Shown piece by piece: positions 60,609 through 64,000 of a stretch of DNA of 64,000 nucleotides. The notes beneath the pieces were generated by a model. That model searched no databases, was not told where the DNA came from, and saw nothing but the letters and a program-made list of their open reading frames with translations. Positions within the stretch are counted from its first letter, which is position 1. Each line of letters opens with the position of its first letter. A program made the translations under genes and the position numbers. Source of the DNA: a virus (taxonomy: Duplodnaviria; Caudoviricetes); the IMG/VR virus record IMGVR_UViG_3300037193_001172, positions 740-64,739 of that record. One strand, 5' to 3'.

Positions 60609-61203
60609 ATGCGCCCCCGTCCCATCACCCACCGTCTTTCCTTCGAGCAGCGCCAAGCGCTGCGCGACACTGAGTTCAACCGTCTGCTGCGCCGCGCCCA
60701 AGGCCCGCGCTGGTACGACGTGCGCCCCGGCATGGTCTGGCTGATCCCTGCGGCATCGCTGGTGCTCCTGGCCGTGGAGCTGCTGCCGTGAGCCGGTTGC
60801 AAGAGCTGCGCGCCCGAGGCTTCGACCTGAGCGCGCACGTCCCCTTCACCCGCACGTGGCAACCGCGGTGCTCGTGCTGCGTCGTGCTCGTCATCAACGG
60901 CACCCCGACCCATGAACACCGCTGTCCGAACGCGACGCACGAATGCGCCGGCTGCAACGCGCTCGTGCCCGCCCGAGTTCGCTACTGCGAGGACTGCGCC
61001 CAATGAGCAGCACGGCGAAGCAGATCCCGAACGAGCAAGGCCGGCTAGTGTGGGTTGTCTACCTGCCGAACGGCGACGTGGCCCGGCATGCGGCCGCCTA
61101 TCGAGGCGACCAAGGGCGCGTCCGCACCTTCCGGTCGGAGGATGCAGCGGACCAATGGGCGCAAGAGCGCGACGCAAGGGTTAACCTGTACAGTACAATT
61201 TAG
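60609..61203 (+). CDS. Three immediate-early small genes (60609-60791 TM; 60788-61006 Zn-finger; 61003-61203)
   Basis: Coupled ORFs between promoter and terminator; multiple CxxC in the second. Confidence 0.7.
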
Positions 61204-61238
61204 CTCTGCGCCCTGCCGCCGAGGGTGCGCGGCGCGCT

Positions 61239-61279
61239 AAAAAAGAGCCCACGAGCGGCCCCCTGCTCGTGGGTTTTTT
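61239..61279. terminator. Bidirectional intrinsic terminator
   Basis: AAAAAA-GAG-CCCACGAGC-loop-GCTCGTGGG-TTTTTT. Confidence 0.88.
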
Positions 61280-61569
61280 GTTTTGCTTTAGAAAGGGGGG
61301 GTAAAGGAGTCGGCAAAACTTAACTGGAGGGTGTTAATCTTGACCCTAATTCATTTCTATCGTTTCCTTGATACCCTTTTTAAAGCAAGGTGAAAAAGGT
61401 TAAGGATCATAAGGGTTTGCCGCAGGCCCCAATTCCAACATGCAATTTTTCCACGGTTCCGCCCTGGGAGATTCCACCCCTTGCGTTTAGCGCTGGATCG
61501 TGCAACACTACCGCATCGGATAAATTCGATATCGTCCGTTGTACCATCTCGTAAGTTAACGAGTACACC

Positions 61570-62412
61570 ATGACCGACTGGACAGATTTGGATGATCTCG
61601 ACCGCGCCCCGACCGCGCGCGCACCCGCCGCCGCCGCGCCCTCGACCCCTTGCCCGTCGTGCTCTGGCTCCGGCCGCTGGCGCAGTCCGAGCGGCGCGAG
61701 CACCGGCCCTTGCTTCACCTGCCAAGGCACCGGACAAGTAACCCCTGGCCGCATCCGCCGGCAGCAAGCGGCACGCCGCGGGCGCGTCACGGCCGCCAGC
61801 AACAAGGCCGCGCGCATCGCAGCATGGCGCGCCGAGCACCCAGACGCGGCCGCGTGGCTGGACGCTGACCGCCCGTTCCCCTTCCGCGATGCCATGCGCG
61901 ACGCGCTGACGCAATGGGGCGCGCTCACCGACAACCAGCTAGCGGCCGTCCGCCGCTGCATCGCGGCCGACACTGACCGGGCCGAGCGCCGCGCCACCGA
62001 GCGCACCGCACTGGCCGCCAGCGCGCCGCAGCTGGGGGACTCGTTCGGCGCCATCAAGGATGCGCTCGACCGCGCCGCCAGCAAGGGGCTGCGCGCCCCC
62101 AGCATGCGAACCGGGCTGTTCACGTTCTCGCGTGCACCCAACACGGGCGCGAACCCTGGCGCCATCTACGTGAAGGCCCGCAGCGGCGACGCGTACCTAG
62201 GCAAGATCGTGCAAGGCGGGCGGTTCCTGGCATCGCGCGAGTGCACGCCCGAGCTAACCGCCGCGCTCGTGACCGTGGCCGCTGATCCCCTGGCCGCCGC
62301 TGTCGCGTACGGTCGGCAGTTCGGGCTGTGCTCGTGCTGCGGCCGCGACCTGAGCGACCCTGCCAGCGTGGCCGCGGGCATTGGCCCGATCTGCGCCAGC
62401 AAATACTTCTGA
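61570..62412 (+). CDS. DUF6011-like protein with N-terminal CxxCxGxG zinc finger
   Basis: CPSCSGSG...CFTCQGTG; C-terminal CSCCGRDLSDPASVAAGIGPIC. Confidence 0.8.
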   Translation: MTDWTDLDDLDRAPTARAPAAAAPSTPCPSCSGSGRWRSPSGASTGPCFTCQGTGQVTPGRIRRQQAARRGRVTAASNKAARIAAWRAEHPDAAAWLDADRPFPFRDAMRDALTQWGALTDNQLAAVRRCIAADTDRAERRATERTALAASAPQLGDSFGAIKDALDRAASKGLRAPSMRTGLFTFSRAPNTGANPGAIYVKARSGDAYLGKIVQGGRFLASRECTPELTAALVTVAADPLAAAVAYGRQFGLCSCCGRDLSDPASVAAGIGPICASKYF

Positions 62413-62422
62413 GGACACCAAC

Positions 62423-62734
62423 ATGAGCCGCGCACGCTTCAGCATAACGTTTGAAACTGTCACCCCGGAAAGCGCCGCACTCGGCGAAGTAGAGGACGCA
62501 GGTTTTCGAGAGGAAGGCATCACGTTGCGCGAAGCGCGCGACAGTTTGCGCTTCGAGGGGCACGCGGTAGAAGCGGACTGCTGGCCTGTGTCGCAACAGC
62601 GGCCGCCGCGCTCGCTGACCTTTGCCGCCAGCGAGAACTATCGTACTGGCGCCTGCACTCGGCTTAGCCTGCACCTGGACCCGCGCACGACGGCCGCTAG
62701 CCGGATGCGGCTCACGCGGCTGTTCGGTTTGTAA
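62423..62734 (+). CDS. Phage hypothetical protein
   Basis: GAGG RBS; TFETVTPESAxxGE motif recalled from other phages. Confidence 0.7.
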   Translation: MSRARFSITFETVTPESAALGEVEDAGFREEGITLREARDSLRFEGHAVEADCWPVSQQRPPRSLTFAASENYRTGACTRLSLHLDPRTTAASRMRLTRLFGL

Positions 62735-62763
62735 CCATTCCCCACCACCGAGCCCACACCCTT

Positions 62764-63891
62764 ATGCGATTTCTCGACCGCTGTCGCGCTTTCAACCTTG
62801 ACCCCTTCGACCCTGCAAGCCGCGAGATCCACGAGGCTGCGCAGCGTGCCGATATGAAGGCCAAGCAGCGCAAGCGCTACAACGAAGAACACCCGCAGTC
62901 GCGGTGGCTCTCGACCTTGCGCCGCTTGAACGAGGCTTACGAGGACACCGCGCGCCGCGCGCGGCACTACCGCGATAAGGGCGGAGAATTCCTCCTTTCC
63001 AGCGACCGCGAGCAGCGGCGCATTGCCGAGCTGGGAGCCGCGGAGCTGACGGCCGCTGCCGAGCAGGCTCTTGCGGCCTACAAAGCCCACGGCGCCGAGC
63101 ACCCTGAGCTATTCGACGAGTTCGAGCTGCGGCTAGAGCTGCGCGACCTGGAGCGCGAGGCCGCGACCCTGGCCCCGCGGGTTGCGTTCGAGCAGCGCAT
63201 GTGCCGCACGCCGCCGCCCGAGCTGCCGCAGCCCGACACGCTGGCCCAGGTGCAAGCACAGACCGCGCTCGCCACGGCGCGAGCGGCCGCGCGCACGGCG
63301 CACGCTGACGCCGACGAGGCCGGGCGGTTTTACGAAGCGCTCACCAGCGCGACGCCTGTCGACATGGACGCGTGCAACCGCGCGCGGCGCGAGCTGGAAC
63401 GGCTCCAGACCCGCGCACGCAAGGCGCAGGGCGCAGTCGATGATGCGCAGCGGCAAGTGGCCGAGGCCGCCGAGCGTGACGCGCGGGCGCTGGCCGAGGC
63501 CACCGCGGCACGAGCGCGGCACGCGCATCACGCGCAGTTGGCCGCGGCGCTGCGGGCCGAGCTGGACGAGAACGAGCAGCGGCAAGCCCAGATCCGCGCC
63601 GCGCTGCCCGAGCCTGCACGTGCGCCGCTGCGCCGGCCGTACAGCCCGCGCAAGGTGCGCACGCCCAAGACCCGCCGCGCGCCGCTGGTGCCCGACCATA
63701 TGCTGGCGCGCGTGCTCACCGATGAAATCGAGGACTACAAGCAGCAGGCGCGCGCGACGGATGACGAGCGCCGGCACGCGACCCTGCACCGGAAGATGCG
63801 AGCGGCACAGCGCCGGCTCGCCAAGCTGCAAGCCGCGGGCGCCACGGCGCCAGCGTCCCCCACCACCGACAATCACGAGGACTTGGCATGA
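62764..63891 (+). CDS. Ala/Arg-rich coiled-coil hypothetical protein
   Basis: 375-aa ORF; next gene starts at ATG 63888 and runs off the window. Confidence 0.65.
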   Translation: MRFLDRCRAFNLDPFDPASREIHEAAQRADMKAKQRKRYNEEHPQSRWLSTLRRLNEAYEDTARRARHYRDKGGEFLLSSDREQRRIAELGAAELTAAAEQALAAYKAHGAEHPELFDEFELRLELRDLEREAATLAPRVAFEQRMCRTPPPELPQPDTLAQVQAQTALATARAAARTAHADADEAGRFYEALTSATPVDMDACNRARRELERLQTRARKAQGAVDDAQRQVAEAAERDARALAEATAARARHAHHAQLAAALRAELDENEQRQAQIRAALPEPARAPLRRPYSPRKVRTPKTRRAPLVPDHMLARVLTDEIEDYKQQARATDDERRHATLHRKMRAAQRRLAKLQAAGATAPASPTTDNHEDLA

Positions 63892-64000
63892 CCACGACAC
63901 GCACCCAGCTGGCCGAAGCGCTGCGCGCACTCATGAGCGCGGAGCGTGCACCCATCCCGTTGCAGGCAGAGAAGGACGCGGCATGGCAGGCCGCGCGCGA

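Larger units (their letters stand above)
1..64000. mobile_element. Tailed dsDNA bacteriophage, near-complete genome with podovirus-like organisation
   Basis: TerS, TerL, portal, capsid, ejection and lysis genes on - strand; phage replication module and dense overlapping small ORFs on + strand; no housekeeping genes, tape measure or sheath seen. Confidence 0.96.

Noticed and set aside
1-64000. tRNA, integrase and att sites
   Set aside because: None recognised by eye; tRNAscan-SE and HMM searches are needed to exclude them

Overview
The window is a near-complete, apparently circularly permuted genome of a high-GC tailed dsDNA phage with a podovirus-like layout; no host chromosomal genes are seen. 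The + strand (1-23.5 kb, resuming at 60.6-64 kb) carries about 50 small early genes and a replication module: primase-pol/VirE, an Acb2 anti-CBASS homolog, DUF2800 nuclease, DUF2815 SSB, family A DNA polymerase, VRR-NUC, an Ntn-hydrolase and an SNF2 helicase. The - strand (60.2 to 23.5 kb) carries TerS, lysis genes, Ig/delta-60/collagen/Calx-beta fibre proteins, TerL, portal, scaffold, capsid, tail and ejection proteins, and a 2471-aa polyvalent protein. No integrase, tRNA, CRISPR array or reverse transcriptase was seen. The most notable observations are: (1) two exported proteins, one a metzincin protease, ending in a host-type (I/L)FxxxFE sorting-like motif; (2) a duplicated promoter-embedded palindrome near a 40-aa RHH gene missing from the ORF track; (3) an exact 18-bp repeat flanking one early gene; (4) an Acb2 homolog; (5) a Cys-rich modular fibre set with shared adaptor domains; (6) structured leaders upstream of the SSB and polymerase genes. 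All family assignments come from motif recognition by eye, not database searches.
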